Shown here: piece after piece, positions 25,330 to 38,827 of the stretch
How positions within the stretch are numbered: position 1 is the first letter of the stretch
Layout of the letters: every line of letters starts with the position of its first letter
DNA from: Octopus sinensis
Lineage: Eukaryota
Length of the DNA: 64,000 nucleotides
Reading direction: 5' to 3'
Assembly: GCF_006345805.1 (NCBI RefSeq)
Contig: NC_043021.1
Location: 19,778,001 to 19,842,000 of the forward strand
The notes under the pieces: model-generated
What the model was told of the DNA's origin: nothing
Databases searched by the model: none
What the model saw: the letters and a program-made list of their open reading frames with translations, nothing else
Position numbers and translations under genes: made by a program

Positions 25330-25879
25330 CATGTGTATTTATAATAAACCTTTCAACTGCAGTCGCTTTATATTCTTGATACACTCGGGCAATAATTATT
25401 TTCTCTAATGAGTTTGTATATGTATGCTTGTGTAGATGTGTGTGATTGCAATAATTATTTTTCACAAAACAGATAGAATATGGATGGTGAATTAAATTAA
25501 TACACTTGTCAATGTTATCTGTGTTGTCTTTTGAGATGAGACATTAATCATCGTTTGTTTGTTACAGAAAGAACCGCTGACTCATACATACAAACATACA
25601 CATACTTCCCTTGTGCACACACACACATACTTACACAAAGCTGAAACGCTGTTTGATTTCTCTTTTCAGTGTTGAATGTTCACCATTCTCACTTCCATTG
25701 CACACACACACACACAAATATTCACATACCTCCCTTTTACATACACACACATATACTCACGCAGGGTCAAAGCGCTCCCGCTGCCATCACCCCTTTTTTC
25801 CTTCCTTATTCATCTATCACCCCTTCCTTTCTCATTCATATGTTGTGACAGAGAAAAACACTAGAGAATTATCATAATA

Positions 25880-26075
25880 TTTTTCTTTATTGCCCACAAG
25901 GGGCTAAACATAGAGGGAAGAAACAAGGACAGACAAAGGGATTAAGTCGATTACATCGACCCCAGTGCGTAACTGATACTTTATCGACCCCGAAAGGATG
26001 AAAGGCAAAGTCGGCCTCGGCAGAATTTGAACTCAGATTCACCTGGCGTGCTAACGATTCTGCCAGCTCGTCGCC
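25880..26075 (-). mobile_element. SINE S2 with internal deletion
   Basis: Head and body in reverse orientation. Confidence 0.85.
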
Positions 26076-26406
26076 TAGATGGCCCAGTGCTGTTAAAAAT
26101 GACAGCTAATTGTAGTATTCTATATATAAATATGGATGATAAATCAAATTAATACACTTGTGAATGTTCACACACGTTCACATACTTCCCTTGTACACCC
26201 ACACAAATACGCACATACACACATATACTCACACAGAGTTGAAACGCTGTTTGATTTTTCTTTTCAGCATTCACCATCTTCCATTGCACACACACAAACA
26301 TTTACATGATTCCCTTTTACATACACACACAGTTCAAATGCTGTATGATTTTTTTTTCCCCTACTTCCTTTCTTATTCATCTTTTTGCGTATTATTTCCC
26401 TTTTCC

Positions 26407-26749
26407 CTTTTACTTGTTTCAGTCATGTGAGTGTGGCCATGCTGGAGCACTGCCTTTAGTCGAGCAAATCGACCCCAGGACTTATTCTTTGTAAGCCCAG
26501 TACTTATTCTATCGGTCTCTTTTGCCGAATCGCCAAGTTACAGGGATGTAAACACACCAGCATCGGTTGTTAAGCGATGTTGGGGGGGACAAACACAAAC
26601 ACACACACACATATATATACATATACACGACAGGCTTCTTTCAGTTTCCGTCTACCAAATCCACTCACAAGTCTATAGAAGACAGTTGCCCAAAGTTCCA
26701 CACAGTGGTCAGTAAGCAAGCTACTTACCACACAGCCACTCCTGTACCT
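26407..26749 (-). mobile_element. SINE S1 with internal deletions
   Basis: Head-to-head with the copy at 26814. Confidence 0.9.
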
Positions 26750-26813
26750 AACTGTGCATAAAGTACATAAAGTATATATATAAATTACATAAAGTATATA
26801 TATAAAGTGCGTA

Positions 26814-27216
26814 GGCGCAGGAGTGGCTGTGTGGTAAGTAGCTTGCTTACGAACCACATGGTTCCGGTTTCAGTTCCAATGCGTGGCACCTTGGGCAAGT
26901 GTCTTCTACTATAACCTCGGGCCGACCAAAGCCTTGTGAGTGGATTTGGTAGACGGAAACTGAAAGAAGCCCGTCGTATAAATGTATATATATATGCGTG
27001 TGTGTGTTTGTGTCTGTGTTTGTCCCCCTAGCATTACTTGACAACCGATGCTGGTGTGTTTATGTCCCCGTTACTTAGCGGTTCGACAAAAGAGACCGAT
27101 AGAATAAGTACTGGGCTTACAAAGAATAAGTCCCGGGGTCGAGTTGCTCGATTTAAGGCGGTGTCCAGCATGGCCGCAGTCAAAATGACTGAAACAAGTA
27201 AAAGATTAAAAGATTA
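26814..27216 (+). mobile_element. SINE S1, full length
   Basis: Complete head to tail. Confidence 0.9.
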
Positions 27217-27726
27217 AGTAATCATTGTATTCCAGTTTCCTTCACTTTTCAATGATTAGCAGATTAGCAGATTAGCGACTATCTTTTGATACAGACACAG
27301 CACAGGCTATGCTTTCAGGTTCATTGGATAAAGTTTTCAGAAATAACCCAAAACAGGTGGCAAGCTGGCAGAAGCGTTAGCACGCCGGGCGAAATGCTTA
27401 GCAGCATTTCATCTGCTATTTCGTCCGTCTTTACGTTCTGAGTTCAAATTTTGAGGTCGATGTAATCGACTTACCCCCTCCCCGGAGTTTGCTTGTATTG
27501 TTCCAAAATTTGAAATCATCATCATTTGATGATGAATAAGAAAGGAAGTGGGTGAAAAAAAATCATACAGTATTTGAACTGTGTGTGTATGTAAAAGGGA
27601 GTCATGTAAATATTTGTGTGTGCAATGGAAGATGGTGAATGCTGAAAAGAAAAATCAAACAGCGTTTCAACTCTGTGAGTATATGTGTGTATTTGTGTGG
27701 GTGTACAAGGGAAGTATGTGAACATA

Positions 27727-27935
27727 TGAAATTGTCATATGAAATTGTCACCCATGATTATGACCCTAGTATCGATCTATTGCATTTCAATCTGTTTTAG
27801 GGTTAGGCTTAGGGGTGGGGGGGAAGGGTACCTTTTTTTTTTTCACAAATGTAAATAAACCCAATCTGTTTCTTACATGAGGGACATATTCATACGGCAC
27901 AGAATGTTTTTTTTACCTCAATAGACGTCATTATT
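27727..27935 (+). mobile_element. Internal fragment of MITE M1 with TTAGGG-like repeats
   Basis: Homologous to 28230-28410. Confidence 0.8.
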
Positions 27936-28189
27936 ATTATTCGTTATTATTGTTATACTGCTGTCTTTTCCTTTCGGACTCGATAAAATAAAGTTGACCG
28001 CTGGGGATGGGGGGTCATCAACTAGTCCCTCTACCTGCAAAATTTCAGGCTTTGTGTCCATAATAGAAAAGATTATTCATTATTGTTGTTATTTAACCCT
28101 TGGTCAGACATGCTTGAGAATGGCAATACTGATTAGCTAACTGGAAGAATTATTGAGCATTCGACAAAATACTTTGGAGCATTTAACTG

Positions 28190-28597
28190 GGATCTTTTCG
28201 GTTTGAACGGCAGTTTTTTCTAGTGGTGTCATATGAAATTGTCATCCATAATTATGACCCTAGTATCGATCTATTGCATTTCAATCTGTTTTAGGGTTAG
28301 GGGAAGGGTATCTTTTTTCTTCACAAATGTAAATAAACCCAATCTGTTTCTTAAACGAGGGACATATTCATACGACACAGAATATTTTTTTTACCTCAAT
28401 AGACGTCATTGATTGGTTGAAATTGCAGAAATTGAAGAAAAAAACCCCCAACAAATATCTTACAAACTATAGAATTTTCTCAATAAACCCAAGAGAAAAA
28501 TGTTTTATAAACAGCATTCTACCAGTATAGGTAGTTTAAAAGTGTTTAGTTACGTGGAAATTATTTTAAAAAACTGCCGTTCAAACCGAAAAGATCC
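28190..28597 (+). mobile_element. Merlin-type MITE M1, complete
   Basis: Perfect 30-bp TIR GGATCTTTTCGGTTTGAACGGCAGTTTTTT; 8-bp TSD TTTAACTG / TTTAGCTG; internal TTAGGGTTAGGG at 28291-28302. Confidence 0.85.
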
Positions 28598-28699
28598 TTT
28601 AGCTGTGACCCTTAAGTTCAAATTCTACTTGGGTAAACTTTTTTTACTATTGTCTTTCTAGGGTTCCCAAGATATAGCATTAGTCAATCAAATACAGGA

Positions 28700-29727
28700 G
28701 ACAATCTCATCGATTACAGCTGCCTCCATCTAGATAAAAAAAAAAAAAAAAAAAGCTGTAGTCTTGCGCCTCTGTAACAAAATCGATAGTAATATTATCA
28801 TTACTATTATTTTATTGATCTGTCATTGAGATCTGGTGTCAGGGTATAGAGCGCCCTCTCTCCAGAACATTGGAAAGGGGCAGACAACTCTAGCTTGGCC
28901 GCCGCACCAAGCGTGCATGGTTTGAGTTGGAAGGAAAAAAACAGCTCGGCTGTCTGTCTCTGTCTGTTGCTGCTCTGTGTTTGTTTTATTTTTTTTTTTT
29001 GCAGCAAATGGTCAGTGAAGTGGCGAGCGGTGGAAGTAATTGCTTGCTCAACTGACAGTTATTGGGATTGCTAAGTTTGTTTTAGAGGTTTTTCCTCCCC
29101 CCGCCGTGTTTGGTGCTGCTGCCTGTTGTTGTTGCTTCTGATGATGATGATGACGATGATGATGCTGTCTTAGCGTCAACAGCAAGATAAAAAGAAAAAA
29201 AAACACATATATACTCATACATATACACATATATGTGCATATATGCATGTAACATATGCATATATTAGATATATATATACGCACACACACACATCTATAT
29301 ATATTACTCACAGATTCTCACACACGCGCGCACACACAGAGAGACGTGCATCTTTGAATGAGTGAATGCATGGAACAAACCGTGGGGCGCAAAAAAGGAA
29401 GAAAAGAAAGCAGCAATAAACACGAACGTCCCCTTCTATCCAAAACAGTTCGGAGCATCATCATTTTTATATTATAAGTGAAAAAGGAAAGAAGCGAAAG
29501 CGAAAATATAAATTGGATTTTAATCGCAACAGTTTTTTTACCAAGGCGTTAACTCTCTCTCTCTCAATCGGAATAAAAAAAAGTCATTTATCCAAAGAAT
29601 TACATATATATATATATATACATATATATACATACGCCTCAGTGATCCTGTATAGGAAAAATAAATCAGGGTATTTTAGATAATCAGACCCACTCCTTTA
29701 AAGGCGCTAGCAGCTATTTCCGAGACC
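28700..29727 (+). promoter_or_regulatory. Probable promoter / 5' UTR region of the RP2-like gene
   Basis: About 1 kb with no recognisable SINE/LINE/MITE in a repeat-saturated window, with CpG-containing patches, directly upstream of a Kozak-type GAGACCATGG. Confidence 0.35.
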
Positions 29728-29801
29728 ATGGGGTGTCTGTGTCCGAAGGTACGGGAAGCCCTGACGGCTGAAGACACCACACAACCATCGAAGTATTCTT
29801 G
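29728..29801 (+). CDS. RP2: First coding exon of a probable RP2/XRP2 homologue: MGCLCPKVREALTAEDTTQPSKYS(W)
   Basis: Kozak ACCATGG; MGC acylation motif and P.KYSW, as recalled for human RP2 (MGCFFSK...PKQYSW); strong donor GTAAGA at 29802 (phase 2). No second exon recognised, so the symbol is tentative. Confidence 0.55.
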
Positions 29802-29920
29802 GTAAGAAACAACAATTATTTATTATTTTTTTTTACTTGCTTCTTCTTCTTTGCCACGCAAACAGTCAGAAGAAGAAGAAAAAAAAACCGTTGCACAGTC
29901 TTTGTCTATCTGTCTGTCTG

Positions 29921-29929
<9 letters not shown>

Positions 29930-29961
<32 letters not shown>

Positions 29962-29971
29962 TTATATATAG

Positions 29972-30012
<41 letters not shown>

Positions 30013-30510
30013 GGATACTCACTCATATACACACTGACTCACACATGCAACTATTCACACGCACATACATGCATACACACAAAACCATTTATATATATAT
30101 ATCGTACATACATACACACACACACACACACATATATATATATCGTATATAATTTTTACACACACACACACTCAAATACACTTACATACATACACACATA
30201 TGAAACCATTCACACACATATGCATGCATGCATGCATACATAAATACATAACCATTAATGTATATATATATATATATATATATATCGTATACAATTTTTA
30301 TAGTACACATGCACACACGCACGTACACCCGCACGCACACACACGCTCACACACACACACACACACACACGCACAAGTACACCCGCACGTACACCCGCAC
30401 GCACGCACACACACACACGCACGTACATATGCACGCACACACCACTCATACACACACACACGCACGTACATATGCACGCACACACCACTCACACATACAC
30501 ACACACGCGC
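29930..30510. repeat. (TC)n/(TA)n/(CA)n compound microsatellite
   Basis: Direct inspection. Confidence 0.9.
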
Positions 30511-31112
30511 GTAATGTATGTAAAACCAGACGACTTCTGGGCAGAATCGGTCTGTTTAATTTTAGTTTACACTGACAAACATCGTGACAGCTACTATGTT
30601 GTTGATAATAACGATGATGATGATGATGACGACGATGATGATGATGATGATGATCGTGTGGCTATTGTATCGTTGTGTTGTTGATGATGATGATGATGAT
30701 GATCGTGGCTATTGTAGTAGTAGTAGTAGTAGTTGTTGTCTTTGTTTATGAAGGTGATGATGATGATGATGATGATGTGGTGAATGTTATTGTTGAGGGT
30801 GACCAGATTGTTGTTGATTGCTGATGCTGATGATGATGATGATGAGGCTGGACAACTGTGGCCGTGACATTAAGCGACGTGGTCGTTGTCTTGCAAGCCC
30901 CGCAAGTCTATTTCGGTTACAGTAGTAGTCCTAAGATCAAAGGAATTCCAACCGCGACCATCCCGCCCTTTTTTTTGTTGTTTTTTTTTTGTATACATCT
31001 ATGTTCTAAGAGTACATTTGTCTGATGTCCTTTCTTTCTTCAAGACGCTCGGATGCGTTTTGAGGGACATTTGGCTTCTATTACTAGCAATTCGTGAGAC
31101 CACACAGAGTCG

Positions 31113-31144
<32 letters not shown>

Positions 31145-32079
31145 CATAGTAGTTATATACATGTTGGTTATGATGATGATGATGATGACAATGTTGATTG
31201 TCTTATTCCCCTCTTTAAACGTCTTAGCATATTTTATTCCAGACATTCCTTCTTTGTTCTTCTTCCTTTTTCTTCACCACAGCTTTATACTTCTGTTTGT
31301 TTAGCCCTAAATAATCACAGCCGTTTCAGCCGTGACCACCACCACCACCACCTCATCTACAACATCCAGTGTTCCGTTTCCTCCCCCTCCCCCCCGCCTC
31401 GTTTAAGACGCTTCTGTGTGATATGAGAGAGAGAGAGATACTTGGCTGCTATTTCTACCAGCTTCGAGCGACCACTTTGGAGGTTCCTCACCTCTGTCAA
31501 TGTTGCTGATGTGGTTGTTGACTACCCCCCCCCCCCTCGCCAGCACCGCCACCTTTTACCACTCAGTGAAGTGAAGGAGCATCCCAAGCGCTGGCTGGCA
31601 CGATCTGCTAGAAATAGCAGCCAAATCTCTCCTTATTGTTTAAAAAAAATGAGAAGGACAGTGAATATGTTAGTCCTGGACGGACAGTCTAAGAAAAGAA
31701 AAAAAACAAACAAACAAACAAAAAAAACAACAAAACAAAACCAGACGAGATGATCACGGCTGGAACACTCTTGAAATGTCTGGTTTGATCGGAGACGATC
31801 TTTGATTAACAACTGTAGCTGTTGTTAAGGTGGATACCCTGCACTCCCTTGTCGGGTGTTGCCGCTGCTGCTGCTTCTGCTGTTGTTGTTGTTGTGTTGA
31901 TGGTTGTTGTGGCAACTGTGAGTCCGCTTTCGTCCTTCCTCCCTTTTGTTGTTGTTGCTGTTGTTGTTGTTGCTTCACACATCTTTGTCACAACATGTTT
32001 CAGAAGAAACTGAATCTTTCAAATCTGGCGACTTGATGTCTACCTTCCTGTTTGTTTTTTTCTCTCCCTTTCGCTCTTT

Positions 32080-32138
32080 ATACATACATACCTACCTACC
32101 TACCCATGCATCCATCCATCTATCTATCAATCTACCTG

Positions 32139-32199
<61 letters not shown>

Positions 32200-32235
32200 G
32201 TATCCATCCATCCATCTATCTATCTATCTATCTAC

Positions 32236-32281
<46 letters not shown>

Positions 32282-32309
32282 ATCTATTTATCTATCCATC
32301 CATCCATCC

Positions 32310-32351
<42 letters not shown>

Positions 32352-32488
32352 ATATCTATCTATCTATGTATCATCCATCCATCTATTTATCCATCCATCC
32401 ATCTATCTATGTGTCCACCTATCCATCCATCCATCAACCATCTATCTATCTATCCATCTATCCATCTACCTGTCTACCTATCTACCTG

Positions 32489-32546
<58 letters not shown>

Positions 32547-32560
32547 CATCTATCTGTCTG
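32080..32560. repeat. (TCTA/TCCA)n tetranucleotide array
   Basis: Direct inspection. Confidence 0.95.
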
Positions 32561-33969
32561 TCTGTCTCCTTTCCTCCCTTCATTTTTTCCTTCATATCAT
32601 CCCATCTATTTTTTATTATTCAAAGTGTATCTAGGACTATATTCATCCATTATGCAACGTGTCCTCCCCCTTTTTTTAAAGGCGTGTTTTGAAGGAGATT
32701 AGTTTACGATTTCTAGCAGGGTCAGCGACCACATTACAGGCTCCCTCCTCGTCTTCAGGTTATAGATGCAAAAGCTATTACAGTAAGTCATCTTAGCCAT
32801 TCTTTTGTATGGTGCCAAAATTTAACCTGGACATTATACGGGAATGAAGGTGAAGGAAAGAACATCTTTATAATTAAATATTTGTGTTCAATCGTGAAAA
32901 ATCTGATTGCAAGGAAAAAGCCCGATTTCCAGCGGGGAGGACCGAGTGTGTAAAAGAAGACAGCCAAGCGTGGAAGACCTCTGGATGAGGATAAACCTGA
33001 CAGAAGGCGTCAGCCGAATGTCATCTCAGACTGGGTTTCCCAAATATTTTAGTGTTTGTAAATTATGCGTGTTTTTTTATTTTTTTTTTTATCTTTTGTG
33101 GTCTCAGCTTAATTTGGGAGAAGGGTCTTCAGACGTGTCCTTTCGACTTGCAATCATCTGCAACTAAATCGAATAGGTTTCCTACTTAACGATTGTGACA
33201 AACCACGCACACGTTCACACAGGCGATAGCAAATATAATATAATGTAATATAATATTATATAATATATACACGCGCGTGCTCACCCACACGTATACATAC
33301 ATGCATACATGCATTCATACATACATATTCATGTGGACATTGTATTCATCCATTCACATACATACATGTATGCATTGCATGCAAGCAGACAGACGGACAG
33401 CTAGATAGATAGATAGATTATTCTTTTGGGGAATAGTGGATCTCGAAGCTCGTCGAGCTATATATGATAGCACACGAAGGCTGCAACCTGATATTTATGT
33501 GCTTCGATGTCTAATATTCCCCAAAAAAATAATAAAGAATTTCACGTTCTCCCGAAAGCTTATAAAATTTTTTTATCTCACACACACACACATACACACA
33601 CTCTCTCTCTCTCACACCCATACAAACACATACATACACACGCACGCTACACGTACACACATATCCTGAGTACATACCTGTACACACGTTATTTATACTA
33701 CACGCATTACACACACCACAGGTAACAACTGCTAACTTAAACCAGAGCTTTCACTTTTAAAAATCAAAGCCATGTTGCTAAAGTACACGCGCGCGCACAT
33801 ACACCCTCTCTCACACACACAACATATATTTATTCTCTTTCCAGCTGTCTTCCATAATATGAGATTTATTAAAATCTAGTTTATTTATATCCATCTGTTG
33901 GAAACAGCAGTGACACATAGACGGACACGAATATAGCTACCACACATATGGATATGGATATATATATAT

Positions 33970-34111
33970 TACTCTTTTACTTGTTTCAGTCATTTGACTG
34001 CGGCCATGCTGGAGCACCGCATGACTTATTCTTTGTAAGCCCAGTACTTATTCTAAGTGACGGGGACATAAACACACCAGCATCGGTTGTCAAGCAATGC
34101 TAGGGAGACAA

Positions 34112-34162
<51 letters not shown>

Positions 34163-34324
34163 TACGACAGGCTTCTTTCAGTTTCCGTCTACCAAATCCA
34201 CTCACAAGGCATTGGTCGGCCCGGGGCTATAGCAGAAGACACTTGCCCAAGATGCCACGCAGTGGGACTGAACCCGGAACCATGTGGTTGGTTAGCAAGC
34301 TACTTACCACACAGCCACTCCTGC
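33970..34324 (-). mobile_element. SINE S1 with internal deletions
   Basis: Reverse copy. Confidence 0.9.
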
Positions 34325-34332
34325 TGTATATG

Positions 34333-34396
<64 letters not shown>

Positions 34397-34502
34397 TAAT
34401 ATTACTTAATATTATATATATATAATATAGTATGATATAACATAATATTATATATATATAATATATATATATATATATTTAAAGATCTATATAAAATATA
34501 TA

Positions 34503-34630
34503 TATGGTTCAAAATTGTACGCAAAAAACGAAAGACAGACAGGTGAGAGAGCAGTAAACAAGGTGTATTATTTTGACACTCAGGAAGAATGGAAGTGTCT
34601 TTGACGTTTCGAGCCTCTGCTCTTCTACAG
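34503..34630 (-). mobile_element. Penelope-like pLTR fragment (family H1) with variant hammerhead, inside (TA)n
   Basis: Minus strand CTGTAGA-A-GAG-CAGAGG-CTC-GAAACGTC-AAAGAC; homologous to 45510-45730. Confidence 0.65.
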
Positions 34631-34740
34631 AATATATATATGTATGTATGTATGTGTGTATGCATGTATGCATGCATGCATATATGTATGTTCACCTTAT
34701 TTCGAGCTGTGCGGGATAATACCAGACTGACTTGGTGCTT

Positions 34741-34778
<38 letters not shown>

Positions 34779-34780
<2 letters not shown>

Positions 34781-35002
34781 AGGCGCAATGGCCCAGTGGT
34801 TAGTGCAGCGAACTTGCGGCCGGAGGATCGGGCATTGAATGAAAACACCTAAAGCTCCACGAGGGTCCGTCAGTGGGTGGTGGTGAACCCTGCTGTACTC
34901 TTTCGTCACAACTTTCTCTCACTCTTTCTTCTGTCGGCCTGCAAAGCGCATTGTGATCAGCGATGTGTAGCAACATCTGATAGCCTGGTCGGTTACGGTG
35001 AT
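34779..35002 (+). mobile_element. tRNA-Arg-derived SINE S3, tail b
   Basis: Head GGAGGCGCAATGGCCCAGTGGTTAG; tail GCGCATTGTGA..AGCAACATCTGATAGCCTGG; follows (TA)n. Confidence 0.85.
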
Positions 35003-35603
35003 CACGCTGATATATATATGGTGATATATATATATGTGTGGGTAAGAAGCTTGCTTCCTGACGTTGTGGTTTTGAGTTCAGTTCCACTGTGGACAGGTGT
35101 CTTTTTCTATAGCTCAGGCCGACTAAAGCCTGGAGCTATAGCTGTGTGTGTGTATGTGTGAGCGTTCTTTGTCCCCGGCTACTGCTTGACAACCGGTGCT
35201 GGTTTGTTTATATCTCTGTAACTTAGCGGTTACAGATAGAATAAGTACCAGGCTGCAAAAAAAAAAAAAGAAAGAAAAGAAATACTGGGATCGATTTATA
35301 CACGCACACACTTATATACATACACGCACACTTATACACACACACGCATATTTATATGCGCGCACACACCCACACTTATATACACACACACACACAAGCA
35401 CACACACACACACACTTACACACACACACACACACCGCAGGTCCATTTATTTATTCCTCTATTCCCTATCGTATTTCATCCCGTTTCAATTTCATTCATG
35501 GAGGAATTTACACCAATCACAGGTAAACTGCGGCCCGGCCCGGCCCGTTGGGATTTTCTGAATGTCATACGCGCCCAACGGAAAGTTAACATGAATTTAT
35601 ATT

Positions 35604-35720
35604 GGCGAAGGCAAAGATTACGCACACCCGGTGTTTAGGGTTTCGGGTTAGGGTTTGGGGTCAGGGTCAGGGTCAGGGTTATGCCGAAAACGGGTGGTGT
35701 GCAAAATCTTTACTCCCGCC
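35604..35720. mobile_element. Merlin-type MITE M2 (117 bp) with telomere-like core
   Basis: GGCG..CGCC imperfect TIR of about 27-30 bp; perfect 8-bp TSD TTTATATT (35596-603, 35721-728); core TTAGGG TTTCGGG TTAGGG TTTGGGG TCAGGG x3. Confidence 0.8.
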
Positions 35721-36267
35721 TTTATATTGGTACTGCGGCCCCTCCTCTCGAAAAAAAAAAATTGTTGTCTGTGACTGATTGAGTCTGTTGGTGGTTTCAG
35801 ACCTGCTAGAAAAAGCAGTCATTCCTGCCCATTTCTACTGTCTTTAAAGAAGGACTATTAATCCTAAATCCTCCACCATCACCATAAAAAATGACGGATT
35901 GGTCACGGATGGATTGCCTCTGATCATATAGGCCTACTCGATCAAGGGGGTGCTGGAGCTGGCTGATTTGCACCTAAATCAGCAAGATTAAATAGCAAGA
36001 TTAAATAGCAAGAACGAAATTCAACCAGCCTCGACATGTTTCGACAAGCAGCAACCTCCAAATGTTGATTCGCCTCCACCATCACTACCACCACCATCTC
36101 CGCTACCACCGCTCTCACACCACCACTACCATCGCCACTATCACCACCATCACCACCATCGCCTTCACCTCTATAACCTCCACAGCCGATATCACCCTTT
36201 GTGATGTTATTCTTCCTTGCACCTTTATTATTATTGTTATAATAATAATAATGATAATAATAATAAA

Positions 36268-36812
36268 TGCCCTGATGCAGTACCAGGCAGTGGCTCTCAT
36301 GGCTTCTGATCTTAACTGATTGGAAGTGTTATCATGTACATTGTTTTGTCTTGGTATAAAAGATGGGCTACAGCAAATATTCTGCTCAATACCACAGATT
36401 TGCTTGTCTGTTGTTTGACCTTAACCAGTTGAGCATGTCCCTTAGTGGCTGACGATATGTGCATCTCTGACCACGAGCTGAAGTAGTGGCGGAGCATCAT
36501 AGCCATGTGTTGAGAGGGATTCTTTGGGGTTTGAATGGTTCACCTCTGGAAACATGGGTGGTTCTTTCAACATCCTTAAACAACCCTTATTCAGGGACCT
36601 TTTGAGCGGGATGGGTTACTCGACCAGAAGAAAATTCTAACTGGGCCCCACCTGCAAGGTCATGTGCTGTCTATCTTCACCATGTTGCGCACATATGGTT
36701 GTAATGCATGTGCCTGGTGTACCCTTATCAGACAGGTAGTCATGATGGGTATACTGGGCTTCGTATATTTTACCCCAGTGTCACTTTGATGGCATGCACT
36801 GCTCTCTCACTC
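36268..36812 (+). mobile_element. (TAA)n-associated retroelement family T, most complete copy
   Basis: Flanked on both sides by (AAT)n; three copies in the window. Confidence 0.8.
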
Positions 36813-36844
36813 AATGATAAGAATGATAATAATAATAATAAGTG

Positions 36845-37210
36845 TACGCAGGAGTGGCTGTGTGTTAAGTAGCTTGCTTACCAGCCATATGGTTCCGGGT
36901 TCAGTCCTACTGCGTGGAACCTTGAGCAAGTGTCTTCTACTATAGCCGACCAAAGCCTTGTGAGTGGATTTGGTAGACGGATACTGAAAAGAAGCCTGTC
37001 GTATACATGTATATGTATATGTGTGTCTGTGTTTGACAACTGATGCTGGTGTGTTTACGTCCCCGTAACTTAGCGGTTCCGGCAAAAGAGACCGATAGAA
37101 TAAGTACTAGGCTTACAAGGAATAAATCCTGGGGTCGATTTGCTCGACTGAAGGCGGTGCTCCAGCATGGCCGCAGTCAAATGACTGAAACAAGTAAAAG
37201 AGTAAAGAGT
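36845..37210 (+). mobile_element. SINE S1
   Basis: Near-full copy. Confidence 0.9.
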
Positions 37211-37849
37211 ATTATTATTATTACCTCCCCCTTCTTCCCCGCCTCACATCCTATTCGACACCCCACCCCACCCTCTTATTTCTCACAACAATTTGTTCTT
37301 TCTTTCACTTTCTCTTTCCCCTCCTTCCCCCCTCATCTTCTCTCTGTCTGTCTGTCTCTCTCTCCCGTTTTCTCTCACCTCTCTCTTTTTTGAACTTGGT
37401 TGAAGGAATGAAGTCTTCTCGCGCACAAATATTCAAATTGTGTTGTGTAGTCTCGAAGACTGGTCAGACCTTTACGATAGAAAGGCGTTCCAGCTTTGAC
37501 CATCCCGTTTTTTTAAGAGCTGTTTTGTTTTGGTGGTATCAAGTACTTCAGTACTTTAAGGCGGTGGCGATCATGCAGGAATATGCACGCGCGCGCGTGT
37601 GTGATTCGAAGGAGATTGGCGTCTATTTCTAGCAGGTAGGGTGATCACGTAAAAGACTCCTTCATTGGAACGTTTCGGATTGTTTTAGCAAAGCTTCTCT
37701 ACTCATACCCATCTTGTCTTTCCCCCTATATGCAAGGAACCCAGGACTTCGTTTTCCAGTGTAATTTGAGGGAGAATTGGCTGCCGTTTCTAGCAAACTA
37801 GCAACCACTTACAAGCTCCTTTGTTGGCTCGCCTTTGTTTTTTCAGAAT

Positions 37850-38450
37850 ATCGATCGAACACACACACACACACTCGTTTGCATACACACATACGCACGC
37901 ATACACACTCGTCTGCACACACATACAAACACACAAACGTGCGCACATACACACTCTCTGACGAACACACACATACACAAAAAGCACCTTCGTCTACACA
38001 CACCCACACTCAAACGCGTATACATATTCGCACACGTGCACACAAACACAGACACATACTTTTATCTGCTCGCACATACACACACACGCACACACACAGA
38101 CACACACATACAAACACACAAATGCGGGCGCATGCACATACACGTACACGCACACACACAGAAACATACCTTCGTCTGCATACGCGCACGCACACACACA
38201 CACACATACACACACAAACATATGTTCGTCTGTAAACACACAATGCGTGCACATACACACTCACACACATACACAAAACACAGTCTGCCTATACACATAT
38301 ACACGCACGCACACACACACACACACGTAGACACAAACATACGTTCGCTTGTAAACACACGTGTGCACACACACACTCACATACACAAAACACAGTCTGC
38401 CTTTACACATGCACACACACACACAAATGTACGTATACGGAAAGCGTGTG
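37850..38450. repeat. Degenerate (CA)n array
   Basis: Direct inspection. Confidence 0.9.
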
Positions 38451-38559
38451 TATAAAATTATAGAATTATTTTGTTTCTTAATTGTTTAAATTATTTCCCA
38501 TTGCTTTCGTTTTTTTTTTCACGCGTAACAATTAAATTAATTTAACAATTAAGAAAAAA

Positions 38560-38827
38560 AAATTAGGGTTAGGGGGAGGTTTAGGGTTAGTGACAGGATG
38601 TTGTCTCAGTTTTAGACGCAGCAAATGATTTTAGCTCAATTAGAGGCGATTGATTGGTTAAAATTCGAAAAAATTAAACTACGTTAAACTTACAAATTAC
38701 AATTTTCTCAAGAAAGCCAAGAGAAAAAAATGTTTTATTTTGACACATTCTACCAGTATACGAAGTTTAAAAGTGTTTAGTAAATTAGAAATTGTGTTGA
38801 AATCTGGCCTTCAAAAGGAAAAGATCC
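38560..38827 (+). mobile_element. Diverged MITE M1, 3' part with TTAGGG
   Basis: TTAGGGTTAGGG..GACACATTCTACCAGTATACGAAG..GAAAAGATCC. Confidence 0.75.

Noticed and set aside
29005-29035. Possible upstream 31-nt exon with ATG after a poly-T acceptor
   Set aside because: Only a moderate donor and out of frame with the main ATG via the nearest acceptor; untestable without RNA data.
32933-33034. Possible second exon in frame with 29728-29801
   Set aside because: Weak pyrimidine tract and donor; it would give Cys instead of the conserved Trp and shows no RP2 similarity.
35630-35685. Interstitial telomere or chromosome fusion relic
   Set aside because: The TTAGGG-like run is bounded by TIRs and an 8-bp TSD, so it is transposon cargo.
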